Assembly: GCA_965178125.1 (NCBI GenBank)
Contig: OZ237757.1
Location: 1-64,000, forward strand
Reading direction: 5' to 3'
DNA: 64,000 nt
Origin: Bilabrum cf. latius
Lineage: Eukaryota
The position numbers were made by a program, and so were the translations under genes. The notes below the pieces were generated by a model that worked only from the letters and a program-made list of their open reading frames with translations, had not been told where the DNA came from and made no database searches. Within the stretch, counting starts at the first letter, position 1, and every line of letters begins with the position of its first letter. This document shows, one piece after another, positions 11,402 through 23,995 of this stretch.

Positions 11402-12487
11402 CCCTAACCCTAACCCTAACCCTAACCCTAACCCTAACCCTAACCCTAACCCTAACCCTAACCCTAACCCTAACCCTAACCCTAACCCTAACCCTAACCC
11501 TAACCCTAACCCTAACCCTAACCCTAACCCTAACCCTAACCCTAACCCTAACCCTAACCCTAACCCTAACCCTAACCCTAACCCTAACCCTAACCCTAAC
11601 CCTAACCCTAACCCTAACCCTAACCCTAACCCTAACCCTAACCCTAACCCTAACCCTAACCCTAACCCTAACCCTAACCCTAACCCTAACCCTAACCCTA
11701 ACCCTAACCCTAACCCTAACCCTAACCCTAACCCTAACCCTAACCCTAACCCTAACCCTAACCCTAACCCTAACCCTAACCCTAACCCTAACCCTAACCC
11801 TAACCCTAACCCTAACCCTAACCCTAACCCTAACCCTAACCCTAACCCTAACCCTAACCCTAACCCTAACCCTAACCCTAACCCTAACCCTAACCCTAAC
11901 CCTAACCCTAACCCTAACCCTAACCCTAACCCTAACCCTAACCCTAACCCTAACCCTAACCCTAACCCTAACCCTAACCCTAACCCTAACCCTAACCCTA
12001 ACCCTAACCCTAACCCTAACCCTAACCCTAACCCTAACCCTAACCCTAACCCTAACCCTAACCCTAACCCTAACCCTAACCCTAACCCTAACCCTAACCC
12101 TAACCCTAACCCTAACCCTAACCCTAACCCTAACCCTAACCCTAACCCTAACCCTAACCCTAACCCTAACCCTAACCCTAACCCTAACCCTAACCCTAAC
12201 CCTAACCCTAACCCTAACCCTAACCCTAACCCTAACCCTAACCCTAACCCTAACCCTAACCCTAACCCTAACCCTAACCCTAACCCTAACCCTAACCCTA
12301 ACCCTAACCCTAACCCTAACCCTAACCCTAACCCTAACCCTAACCCTAACCCTAACCCTAACCCTAACCCTAACCCTAACCCTAACCCTAACCCTAACCC
12401 TAACCCTAACCCTAACCCTAACCCTAACCCTAACCCTAACCCTAACCCTAACCCTAACCCTAACCCTAACCCTAACCCTAACCCTAA
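11402..12487. repeat. Telomeric repeat array (CCCTAA)181, i.e. TTAGGG on the minus strand
   Basis: Uninterrupted CCCTAA hexamers over 1086 bp, single orientation. Confidence 0.99.
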
Positions 12488-12525
12488 ACCCAATCCCCCT
12501 TTTTTTCTTTTCCCTGGCCCTAAGC

Positions 12526-12717
12526 GATGAGTTGGAAAGTGGGCTGGGAGGGCGGTGGATGAGTCGGAAAGCGGACTGGGAGGGCGGTGGATGAGTCGGA
12601 AAGTGGGCTGGGAGGGCGGTGGATGAGTCGGAAAAGGGGCTGGGAGGGCGGTGGATGAGTCGGAAAGTGGGCTGGGAGGGCGGTGTACTGGCCGGAGAGT
12701 GGGCTGAGAGGGCGGAG
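12526..12717 (+). repeat. Subtelomeric 32-bp G-rich minisatellite, 6 copies
   Basis: Unit GATGAGTCGGAAAGTGGGCTGGGAGGGCGGTG at 12526, 12558, 12590, 12622, 12654 and a degenerate copy at 12686. Confidence 0.92.
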
Positions 12718-12990
12718 GATGAACCAAGGTCTATTACGTAAACGAGTGGCGATTTACGAATGGATGTGATGGACTGAAGTTTACAAAACGGCTTAAATGT
12801 TGTACAGACAGTTCATGGTAATCTGAAGAGCTCAGCCAACATGGAAACCACCCCAATGTGATCTGGAATCCCCCGGATACGTACAATGGCAAACTTCCGG
12901 GTTGCACAGTTCAACGGCATCCAAGGTTCGAGGGGTACCTCTTGCTTGCATGCCTGATCCCCAATAGTATTCTGCTCACGGTGAGCTAAG

Positions 12991-15900
12991 TCACTGTGCA
13001 AAGTGCTTCGAGCGCTCCTCCATCTGCGCGTAGAGGACGTCAAGCAGGTTTGAGTTGAACCAGTAGTAGGAGCCAGACAGCCCGTTGTCATCCAGCAGCT
13101 TCTGCAGCTCCTCCCTGGGCATCGGGCGGTAGCAGATCGCAGTTGGGTAAGCGGGGTCCATGAGCTCCTTGAGTTTCTGCATCTCAGCCTCGTCGTCACG
13201 CTGGAAGCAGCCCATGTCCTGGTTGTTCGCCCACACGTCTTCGAAGAACAGGAACCAGAAAGCAGCGGCCGGGTGCCTAGAGATGGCATTCACGCGAGCG
13301 TACAGGAAGTCCAGCCCCTCTGCGTGCTTGTCTGGGATGTCGCGCATGACCGGGTTGGTCTCAGTGTGGAAGTAGGCCTCCAGCGCGGCGCGGGGCACAC
13401 CAAAGCAGTCGTAGACGTGGAACCAGAACGCCTCGTCCATAACCTCGTTGCGCTTCATCCGCTTCTCGTTCAGTTGGTTGCGGTAGGCCTGGGCGTCGTT
13501 GATGATCTTGGGCAGGTTGGCCTGCACGATGCTGCGGTTCTCGGGATACGAGGTCAGGATCTTGCCGATGTGCGTTCCGGGGCGCAGCTCCATGTCGGGT
13601 TGGATGCCTAGCTCGTTCGTGCTCATCACATCCACGTCGGTGCACGGCCTAGCTCCAGTGTGCGGCAGGTGCGCGATACCGTGGCCAGTCGACGTAGTGG
13701 ACACGTTGAACCCAGCGGCCATGGGCAGCGACTTGTTAGCGGACACGCTCAGACGTGCGTCGTTGTACGTGAACTGCACCTACACGGTGGAGTACCTGGT
13801 GTGGCGCTTGCCTTCCTTGTCTGTGTAGTGGCCATCCTCCATTCGCTTGGTCTTGGTCTTCTGGTAGTGGTGCTTCACCTGCTGCCCGTTGAGAGCGCGG
13901 ATCTGCCTCCGGAAGTCCTTCTTGCGGGCGATGTTCGGGTCATGCTGGTTCTGATACAGCAGTGTCTGGAAAGCCTGGGTGTCGTGGGCGAAGAGCGCAG
14001 TGAAAGGGAAGGCTTCCGAGGAGCAGTCGTCGTACACGATCACGCACTCGAACGGGTATGCGCGCACCCATAGCTTCCCGAAGAAGCTCTTGCTGTTCAC
14101 CTCAACCTTCCTGGCCTGCCCGCGGCTGAGCCCATAGCACTGCCGAGGGGCGGCCTTGAAGTTGGTCTCTCCCTGGAAGTACACGTCGACTCCTTCGAGC
14201 CGCTGCACTACCCACGCCATGCCTTCGCGCACAGCTGGGTTGCCCAGTGCCTCCCAGTGACCGGTGATGTGGTGGCGCCCGGTCTCGACCGTGCGCTGGT
14301 GCAGCTCCCGGAGCCGCCTGCAGACGTCCTGTCCCTCGGGGAACTCGTCCTTGATTGAGGCGAAGAACCCGTCGAAGAAGGTCTGCCACACGCGGTGCTT
14401 AAGCTCGGTCATGACTTGCCAGTTGGGAACGATGCGGGGCCCGCGGCCATGGATACCCAGCGTGGTATCAGTGAAGGAGAAGGCGCCGACGCGGTTCTTT
14501 ACGAACGACTGCAGGGCAGGCACCGAGCTCAGGATGAGCACTCCCATGACCAGGAAGGAGATGGCGTTGCTGACGTTGATGAGGATCCCCATGGCTCCTG
14601 AAGCGCCCGGTGCGATCTGCTCGATCGAGATGAAGCCGAAGCCCAGGGTCAACACGGCATTCACGCGCGAAGCGATCTGCATGGCATCAGACTGTGGGCT
14701 GACGAATGGCGCCGACCAAACGTTGTAGGCCGCATACAGCACTAAGATCACCAAAGTAGCCACGCCTTGGGGGACGGGCTGCCGCTACAAGACCACCACG
14801 GGCACTACGAGCAGGAGCTTGAAGACCAGGTCGATCACCTTGTAGTGCATGTGCCCGCGCTCGATGCCGTCGATAAGACTCACGTAGGGGCTGTTCGAGT
14901 ACCTCGGGTCTTCCTTGAGGTCCTGCTGGTACTGTTTGTCAGTGTAGGGCACCATCTTGCCCTCCTCGCCGGCTCCATCGGGGTCGAAGCGCATGTTGGG
15001 GTCCTCATCTGAGCCCACGGGCGCGTTGTTGGTGATGAGCCACCAGATGAAGATGGGTAGGAAAATCGTGTACAGCGCCATGATGACGGCGATACCCTGG
15101 AATGCAGTGTACGTGTCCCACGCGCCGCAGTCGCACTCGTACACGATGGGGTCCGTGTCCTCGATTGGCACGCAGTTGAGCTCGTTGCCACCGAGCTGCT
15201 CCTACAGCACGATGGCCATGCTGCCGTCGCAGATGAAGATCTGCATGCACACGCGAGCCACCGGGAGGTACACGCCCATGGCTGCCACGAGGATATACTG
15301 GATGCCCATGACCGTGTACGAAGACTCCTCCTTGATCTCCTCCCAGCTCTTGGACTCGTGACCGTCCACGAACTCGTCCGGCACGTTGCGGCACGCCTGG
15401 CACACCATCCATATGAAAGCAACAATGATGGCAATGGCCAGTATGGCGACCAGCACGTACACGTAGACGGGGTTGAACGAGAAAGTGTACCCCCACTCGA
15501 ACGAGATGATGGTGGACAGGTTACCCCACACCAGCTTGGCGTTCTCCAGGGCCTGCGAGCTGATCGTCGTGAAGAACAGCGCGATCGACTGGTAGGCCGT
15601 CACGAAGATCTCCAACTTCAAGATGTCCACGCAGTTGCACCGCGCCACCACCCCGGCAGCCGCCGCCGCAGCCGCCATGGCCACCGTCGAGATCATGGAG
15701 TAGCTCTGGCTGGCGGCCCCGCGCCAGTTGATCTGCCCCGCCACGTTCGACATTTGGTTCCCGGCCGTCTTGGCGAAATCGCTAGCCCCTGCAGCGGCAC
15801 CCTGCACGAAGGACGAGGACGCGATCGCGCTGCCCAGCCTCTGGGCCTCCTCCTTGGCGCGCACTGCAGCAGCGGCAGCCGCCGCGGCAGCCTACTGCGC

Positions 15901-17197
15901 TCCCTGCTGAGCCGCTGCAGCAGCGGCCTGGGCGTGAGGCGCCACCGCCTGGCCGGCAGCACTGGCCGCCTCTGCCCCCTGCGCCGCCGCGCCTGCCACA
16001 GCAGCTCCCGCAGCCCCCATGGCGGCGCCTGCCTGACTCGCCGCGGCCGAGGCAGCCCCTGCCACCTGCCCTGCCAGGGGGTTCACCGCCCCCGCCGCCT
16101 GACTGGCCCCGTCCATCGTCCACTTCAGGGTCTGCTTGCCCGCAGTGCCCGCCGCCCGCACCACGGCCAGCACGTGTTCCTTGGGCGCCCCATCCAGCTG
16201 CTGGACCAGCTGTCGCGCCCCCGCTGAGGCTCGCACCGCCATGCCGGGGGCCTGCTCGAGCGCCTGGGAGGCCGCCTCACCCGCCTGCCCCGCGATCTTA
16301 GTCGTGGCTCCAATACCGGTCTTTGCCGCGTCCGAGGCACCGGACGCGATCCTGCCTGCCATGGGAGCCGCCGCCGACGCAGCCGCCCCCCCTGCTTGGG
16401 TCACCCGCTCACCCACGGTGCGGGCGGCTCCGGCTGCATCCGCCGCGCGATCGGCTGCCATGTGCGCACCCTCTGCCATGGCCTCAGCTGCAGCCGGCGC
16501 GTGGGCAGCGGCGGCATCCGCAGCCATGGCCCCGGCCTGGCCTGCCTCGTGCATGGCCTGCCCCGCCGCGTGGGCAGCGGCTTCTGCGCCTTCGCGAGCC
16601 GCAGCGGCTGCTCCAGGCGCAGCAGCAACCGCCTGGCCCGCCACATTACCAGCAGCATCTCTTGCTACACCCGCAGCATCACCAGCGGCATCGATAGCAC
16701 CAGGAAGGGCCTCGCCTGCAGCATCGACGCCTTGACCCGCGAGTCGAGCGCCGCTCACGGCCATGCCTGCCGCAGCACCAGCAACTGCACCAGCGTGGCC
16801 CGCGGCAGAAAACGATCCGCTCTATCCGGCCTGAGACGCAGCCTAGCCGGCGCCGCTTGCCTGCAGTTGGCCAGCTACAGCCTGCCCCGGCTTGGCAATC
16901 TCGCCTGCGGCATCGTAGCGACCTTGCTCCTATCTGCAACAGCAAGAGGATCGAGAGACAATCAAGACCACATAAGCAAAGAAAAGAATGTCGACCTCCT
17001 GACCAGGAGCCGAAAAAGTCGTTGGAAAGCTATGAAGCGACCTGTCAAAGCGTGCCACCCTTCCCAAGGCGGCGTGCGTGGCCTAGCTGGGTTCGGCCAG
17101 GGTCAAATGCATTCAACAAATCTCACTCTTCACCCTCTCCAATACCAAAATTCTCTTCTTTCTCCTCAGCGGAAGCTTGGCTCCCGGCTTCGGACAT
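12991..17197 (-). CDS. Hypothetical multi-pass membrane protein (~1337 aa) with a long Ala/Gly-rich N-terminal region
   Basis: Exon 1 17197-17127, predicted GT-AG intron 17126-16934, exon 2 16933-12991. Seven in-frame TAGs (16930, 16843, 16822, 15892, 15202, 14785, 13780) join five ORF-track pieces. Several hydrophobic segments; ends at TGA. Confidence 0.8.
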
Positions 17198-17331
17198 TGA
17201 GGACACAACAAATACGCCTGTGTGCTTCGGTTCGCGCTTTGGTGTATTGTTGCGTAAACTTACAATAGAAAATATGTAATATTGACTGGCGTGGAAAGCT
17301 ACAACTGGCCCGAATTGGTGGAATTGAACAA

Positions 17332-18830
17332 ATGGCAGCTGCAGCAGCCGTAAAAGATTGCCCAAAGGTGTCTGATTTGATCGCAGAGAAGGTTGCCAAG
17401 GGTGAACGGTCTGTGAGCTTCGAGTATTTCCCCCCCAAAACTGACGATGGAAGGAAGAACCTCGAGGCACGAATTTCTCGCATGGGCAAACTAAAGTAAG
17501 AACTCTGGCTAGAATAACCTTCACGTACGCATTGTGAAGTCGACGAGAGCGCTGTATTTGTACCGGTTAGCTGCAGCTTTCGCTGCAAGTCCACCAGCGA
17601 CGCATAACGACTGAGGCTTCGGCCAGCAAAGAACACTGGGCTTCGGTGATCCGGGACTTTGGTTTCCATCATCGAGCACCACATTACCCTCTTGTCTGTT
17701 TGCTTCGATTTTAATCCCTGCAGCCCAGTATTCATGGATATGACATGGGGCGCCGGCGGATCCACAAGCGATCTTACCTTGGAGCTGTGCAAGAGCATCA
17801 AGGCGTCCGGGCAAACACCAAACATGCATCTGACTTGGTGAGTAGTACCCAATCATATGTTCGTTGAAATTTTGCAGGCTTGGATGTAGCTGACGGTTAG
17901 AACTTGGCGTCTTGCGTGGAATGTGCTGGTGAGGAGCACGTGCAACTGCCCGCATGCCCGCCCCGATCGCTGTGTGCCTGTCGTCTCCGCAGTACCAATA
18001 TGCCAGAGGAGAAAATTACAGAAGCACTGAAAGGCTGCAAAGAGGCTGGGATTCGGAACATTGTAGCACTGCGAGGGGACCCGCCTCGCGGGCAGGAGAA
18101 GTGGGAGGCCACGGAGGGCGGCTTCTCGTGTGCCCTGGACCTGGTCAAGCACATCAGGAAGGAATACGGGGACTACTTCTGCCTGGCAGTGGCAGGGTAC
18201 CCTGAGGGCCACCCGAACATGATCCATAAGGTGGAGGACGAGTCGGCCCTGACAGAGACGGAGAAGGCTCGCGCCGTGGCCATGCCGGACGGGCTGCACG
18301 TGTGCTCGGACGCAGACTTCGCGAAGGAGATGGAGTACCTGAAGGCCAAGGTAGACGCGGGGGCGGACCTGATCATCACCCAGATGTTTTTCGACGAGAC
18401 GGTGTTCATCGCATTCCAGAAGGCGTGCGTGGACGCAGGCATCAAGGTGCCAGTGCTGCCCGGGATCATGATGCTGCAAAATGCGGGTGGGTTCGACCGC
18501 ATGACGTCCATGTGCAAAACGCGGGTCCCGCCCGCGCTCAAGGCAGGCCTGGACGAGGTGCGCGCCAACGCCGCTGAGGTGAAGGCGTACGGCCTCAAGG
18601 AGGCGATCCGGGTGTGCAAGGCGCTGCTGGAGGCAGGGGCGGTGGGGCTGCACCTGTACACGCTCAACCAGGACAAGGCCACGCACGGGGTGCTGCAGGC
18701 CCTGGACCTGTCCACGAAGGAGTACGACGAGGAGGCAGTCAAGCACCAGGCCGAGCAAGAGGCCAAGAGCAAGGCCAAGGAGGCTGCCGCGGCGGCGGCC
18801 GGGGGAGCTGCAGCAACTGCGACCTCCTGA
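17332..18830 (+). CDS. MTHFR: Methylenetetrahydrofolate reductase, catalytic domain only (~371 aa)
   Basis: Motifs SFEYFPPKT, DMTWGAGGST, MHLTCTN, NIVALRGDPP, VAGYPEGH, KVDAGADLIITQMFFD, GLHLYTLN. GT-AG introns 17496-17723 and 17838-17992 restore the frame. Ends at TGA; no in-frame TAG. Confidence 0.95.
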
Positions 18831-19077
18831 GGAGTATAGGAAGATTGCAGTGCACTGGAGGGCAGCCTGCGGACTCGGTACAGATGGAATACTTGCGTGT
18901 GTTGTCGGTTCCATCTGGGCCATGTGTTCGATCATAAATCGGGAGTTCACACCAGACGCTCAGCAGAAACACATGTCTTGCCACAGAAGAAAGCCTTCAA
19001 GTTGGAGTACGACGATTTCAGCCCGAACTTCAACAAATTATCAAAACTTAGTGCATTTGCCGCCCTTTCTCATAGTA

Positions 19078-19659
19078 TCACATATGAATTGTATCCCCGT
19101 CCGTTTGCACAGGCCAATGGTACTCGAACGTGCCATCCTGCTCAGCTAGCGGTTGTTCTCGCTCTAATTTGGCAATGATTCTGTAGATTTCGTTTGCCCC
19201 GGCAGGTAGATGCTTTTCGGCCTTGCAGCACTCCTCCAGCCACTAAACCACCCAAAAATATCCAAACGCGGACGTCTCGCCCGCTCTGCGGTGTTTAGTT
19301 ACTTGCTCCGCTCGAAATGTTGCAAATGACTTCACGCATCGACGTTCATCATACCTGGATACTTCACTCTTGGATACATGCGATAGTTCTATGCGAGCAG
19401 AGTCGCAGTCATGGGTATGCGTTGCAAGCATCGTGTGGTCGTCCTCGTACACGATCACGAACTTCGAGACTTCCGGCGGAGCCACTGGCACCTCCGAGGA
19501 ATCACTGGCAGCAGCAGAAGCTGCTTTGCCAAGCTTTGTGCTCGCAACACTTGGCAGCAGCGAAGATTGCAGTCGTATACCATCCTTGGGCTTCTTGCTG
19601 CCAACCGATTCTGTAGCAAGGGATCCCCAAAACGGCCACCAAGAAGATACTTGAGCCAT
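19078..19659 (-). CDS. Hypothetical protein (~193 aa)
   Basis: ATG at 19659. ORF 19243-19668 continues past TAG at 19243 for 54 more codons to TGA at 19078. No recognisable motif. Confidence 0.5.
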
Positions 19660-20629
19660 TGCGCTCAATTAAAAATGGCTGTACAAAAACCAATCGATAC
19701 ACAGCAGGCGCACCAGCAAGACAACCCACCCCGCGCCTCGCCCACCTGGGTCAGTCCGCCCCGACGTCTGCCTCGCACGCTGCGGCATGCTAGGCCTATA
19801 CCACACTCCGAGTCGTCACGAATGTATGCGCTACCCCCGTTCTTGCACCGTTTGCGTCTCCAGGCTCGCCCCGTTGCCCCCCTGTCTATTCCAACCCCAT
19901 TCTGATGCTGTCACCCTACGCACCCTCACACATTTTTCTTCACATTTTTCTTTTACATCTGAACCCTTGCCAGAAAGCCTGCTGCCTTGTGGCCTGGGCC
20001 AACTGGGCTGCACCCAGTTCCCCTCCCTTCCCGCCTCCACGTTCCCGGGCCCAACTGGCTAGCTCGGGGCTGTCAATGCCCCTTCATCGTCTCCGCCACA
20101 TGCCTGGTACCGCGCTCGGGGCCTCCCTTCCTCCCTTCTATCTTGGAATCCCCCCCTATCCTTCCCCTCCCACGCCCAACCTCACCCCTGCTGCCCATCG
20201 CACCCCTTCCACTCTATCCTGGCCTCCGCCAGTCTCCATTGCCCTCCTGTACCTACCCTACCTAGCCGCTCTCAGATACCGTCTCTGCCCATCGCTGCTA
20301 TCTTCCACCTCCTGCCTGTGCTCTGCCGCTGCATCCCTCCCCGGCGGAGCCCGCACTGCCGTCTCACAGACCTACATCCCAATGTCTTGACGAGACAGAT
20401 AAGGACAGAACGAATGCCTCCGGTGCGTTGTGATTCTCGGTTGCAACCGTTCCGGGTAGACGAACCTTCTCTTCGTGTTCGCTGCCGTGGTCCGGTCGTC
20501 CATCCTGTTGACAGCTGTTGCAGAATTACTATGCAGCTCTGGTCAGCACGCGCCATCTGACAGAATCGGGTTTTGCGCCGTCTTGATTGTGCGTATTGTA
20601 AACGACTCGAGACTGGTAGGCCTGATTCC

Positions 20630-23170
20630 ATGCCGAAACGGCCGGTCGATTCGTCGAAGCCCTCAACACTTTGGGACGGGATTCGATGGAGCATGTATGC
20701 ATGCGCCGCTTTGATAGTTACGTGGTCAGTAGCTCGCCTGTTATTATCGCCATCACAGGGAGGCGGGCAGCAGCTCAACACAGTCGACGGCGATAACCTG
20801 TTGGTTAGGGGAGTTGGACTAGAGTATCCACCAAGTCCGTCTACCAGCATCCACCACACCCATCGTGCGCCTGGTTCATCACCTTGGGGATCCTCAGCTG
20901 CCGTGCTCGTGACGTACGTGTCTGCAATAGAGGAGCAATCGAGCCTGGCAAGCACCGGCATGTTTTTGTCTTCGTTGCACGCCCTGCAGCCGGCGGCGCA
21001 AGTGTTTGTTTTCAGCCATGACTCCCAAGTGCTGCGTTTGGCACGCGAAGCAGGGCTCTATGGCCGGCCAGTGAGCCAGGCCACCGTTGGCGGCAGCGAC
21101 CAGCGACCGTCGGCATTTGAAATGCTGAAAGAAGCCCAGCAAGCGACAGGCCTCGAATCGAACCCGGCTTTCTTTGGAGTGTTGGAGGAGCGCACGGCGC
21201 TGGCGGATCCCCGGGGGATGCTGGACACGCTCGTCACCGTGGCGGCACGGGCCAGGGCGGGCCAACTGCCCGCAGCGGTGGCTCTCGTGGGGCGGGCGAG
21301 GCGCATGGCAGGGGCTGGCCAGGCCGCGAAGGAGCTGCTGCAGGGGTTGCTGTCGTACAGCCGTGGCTCTGACGAGTGGCTGCACTGGCACTAGCAGGCG
21401 CAGGAGGCTCGACTGGACCCCGCCAGCAGGCACGAGGTGGTCTTCTTCACCCCTGAGGCGTTGGATATGGAGACGCAGCACCCCGCCATGGACTAGGCGC
21501 GCAGTGCCGCCAACGTCGTGGCTCTGCTGCAGGCGGCCCACGGGCAGATCCACCCGCAGGCGGGCGTCGGCCTGGCACCCGCGGGCTCGACTGCCTCCTC
21601 GCTAGACCCCGCCCCGCTGATGCTGGTGGACGTGAGCGACACGGCGCTCCCCGTGCGCTGGGCCCGCCCCGGAATCATCGCCAGCGGGCCGTTGCGAGGA
21701 CTGGACGCTGCGCACACGCACGCCAGCGGCGTGGATACCGCCGACGAGCAGACGTACGAGCGATGGATCGAGGCACTGGACCCGGCCCCTGAGCCGCTGG
21801 TGTTCGTCACAGGAGGAGGGGGCAAGCAGGTGCGGCTTGTGCCCTCCTCGACGGATGCTGTGGTGCTGGCGACTGCCTTTGACGGCAAGGGCGGTGTGGT
21901 GGTGGGCCGCAGGGAGGTTCCCGCGGACAGTGGGGTGCAGGAGTGGAAGGAGCGGCAACAGGGGCAGGGGCAGGGGCAGGGGCAGGCACCGGCAGGCCAG
22001 AAAGAGGGAGCTGGCAGGGACGAAGACGACCGCGATGACCAGGAGCAGCTGGAGGATGACGACGATGCTGTCGCGAGCCCGGGACCGGCTGTGGCCACTC
22101 CTCAGCCGCCCCCAGGCCCGGCCTCGGGGCCCGGCACAGTGGGGCCGCATGCAGGCGGAGCCGGGGCCAGCCCGACCCCTAGGCCACTGGCCCCGCAGGG
22201 CTACGTGAAGCCGAACGAGTATGTGCCACCGAAGGAGCCCCCCCTGCTGACCATGTTCACCACCATGTTCAGCTCGAAGAAGCACTCGTCACACGCCCAG
22301 CAGAAGAACCAGATCCAGAGGAACACGCTGCTCGCGGCCAGGCACCTGTTCCCCGCGGTGGAGATGATCGTGTTCTCCGAGGACGAGGGAACAAGGGAGA
22401 TGTGTGCGCAGGAGGGGGTCTTCGCCACGGGTGATTTCGAGCGCAACCCGCACGGGACCCCGTTCCTGAAGAGCATGTATCAGTGGGTGGAGAGGCACAC
22501 GAGGGCCCGCATGTACGGGTACATGAATGCGGACATTCTGTTCGGATCTGACCTGATCGAGAGCATTCGCGCGGTGCTGCGTGCGGTGGACAAGGGGCAC
22601 CTGCACGAGCGGGTGCTGGTGGTGGGTCGCAGGACCAACTTTGCCATGCCCTTCCCTCTCAACGCCGACTCGGAGTGGATGTTCAACGACCGGCAGACGT
22701 CCGACTACAAGATCAAGATGATGGCGGTGCGGGGCAGGCTGTTCCAGAAGGACGCGCAGGATTTCTTCTTCGTCACCAGGGGGGCCCTGCACTGGGACCG
22801 CATCCCGAACTTTGTCATCGGGCGCATCGCCTACGACAATTGGCTGGTGGACCACGCCTTTCACGACGGGCTGGACCGGGTGGAGATCACGGACACGGCG
22901 CATGCAGTGCACCAGACCGGGATCGACGGAGACAAGGCTGGCTTCACCCCCCGGCCTGACAAGGACTGGAACAAGAATCTGGGCAAGGGCAACTACGACC
23001 ACGGGCTGACCTCGCACTGCAACTTCCACACCGAGTGGGGGGTGGACCCGCGCACGGGCCACAAGGACAGGGTCAAGGTCATCCGGAGGCCCAAGTGGCA
23101 CCCCAGCACGCGCAAAAAGGCCAGGGCCATCCCGGCCGACAAGCACCTCGAAGCGGAGCCGCAGCGGTGA
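20630..23170 (+). CDS. Type II membrane glycosyltransferase-like protein (GT-A-like C-terminal domain)
   Basis: N-terminal TM segment. ORFs 20573-21394 and 21518-23170 join across TAGs at 21392 and 21494. C-terminal motifs NPHGTPFLKSM, YMNADILF, VVGRRTN, IPNFVIGRIAYDNWLV. Ends at TGA. Confidence 0.7.
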
Positions 23171-23291
23171 TTGATCCACGTGTCAGGACTGGTGCCAATC
23201 CTTGTGATGCACTCGGGCAAGAGGCTGGTAGGCTTTAGGTAACACACATAGGTGCAGAGCACGCAAGCAGTTTCATTCTACACAAGTGGTT

Positions 23292-23816
23292 TCATTCTGT
23301 TTTGCTACTCGCAGCAATCATGTCAAGAAGGGCAGTAGCACCTAGTTCCACGATCTCTACAACTTCATCATAAGTGTCGGTGTAGTACGGATCTGGGGTA
23401 TCGGTGATGCCTTTCGACGCCAGCTCAGCCGATAGAGGACAGAATAGCTTCAAACGCCCCGCATCCTCCAGCGCCTTCGACTAGGCTGGAAACATCCGCT
23501 TTAAATTAGACAGGTTGCTTGAATCCATGCATAGCACGTAGTCGTATGACTTCAGGTGTTCAGCTGTCACCTGCTGAGCAACATGCGGAGCAAGATCGTA
23601 CTTCTTCCTCTTCGCTGCTGCAACCATCGGCGGGTGTGCACCTTCGCCCTCGTGCCAGTTGCCTGTCCCTGAGCTGGCGACCTCAATATCCATTTCCCGA
23701 TCTGATGCTAGTTTTCTGGTCACGTACTCAGCGGTTGGGCTGCGACAAATATTGCCCAAGCACACAAACATACAGCTCGGAACCTTCTTGGCGGTCTGTA
23801 GAGCGGAGGCCGCCAT
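23292..23816 (-). CDS. Low-molecular-weight protein tyrosine phosphatase (174 aa)
   Basis: P-loop FVCLGNICRSPTAE and SSGTGNWHEG. The catalytic DPYY motif (ITDTPDPYYTD) lies downstream of the in-frame TAG at 23481-23483. Ends at TGA 23292-23294. Confidence 0.93.
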
Positions 23817-23995
23817 ATTTTCTGTGTCGTTCGTTGGGCAATCAATAAACTTTCGAATAATAATGTGCAATCGAAGCCAAAGGCATTTCAATTGGGGCCA
23901 AACAGTGTTATATGACGAGTGTGGATGCATTGCACTGTGATACCCAGAACACGAAAATCCAGGACTGGCGCATCCTATAGCTTCACCGATTGCCG

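Noticed and set aside
11402-12487. Telomere-telomere chromosome fusion
   Set aside because: The array has a single orientation, with no TTAGGG-to-CCCTAA inversion point.
9956-12717. Hammerhead ribozyme (as in Penelope/Terminon ends), prompted by GATGAG...GAAA in the 32-mer
   Set aside because: No CTGANGA core with proper stems was found by eye in either repeat on either strand. An Infernal search would be needed to exclude variants.
11390-12727. 445-aa poly-(Gly-Leu) ORF
   Set aside because: It is simply the translation of the TTAGGG telomere array.
19700-20600. Pyrimidine-rich ~0.9-kb stretch with several short ORFs
   Set aside because: No consistent frame or recognisable product even with TAG=Gln; left unannotated.
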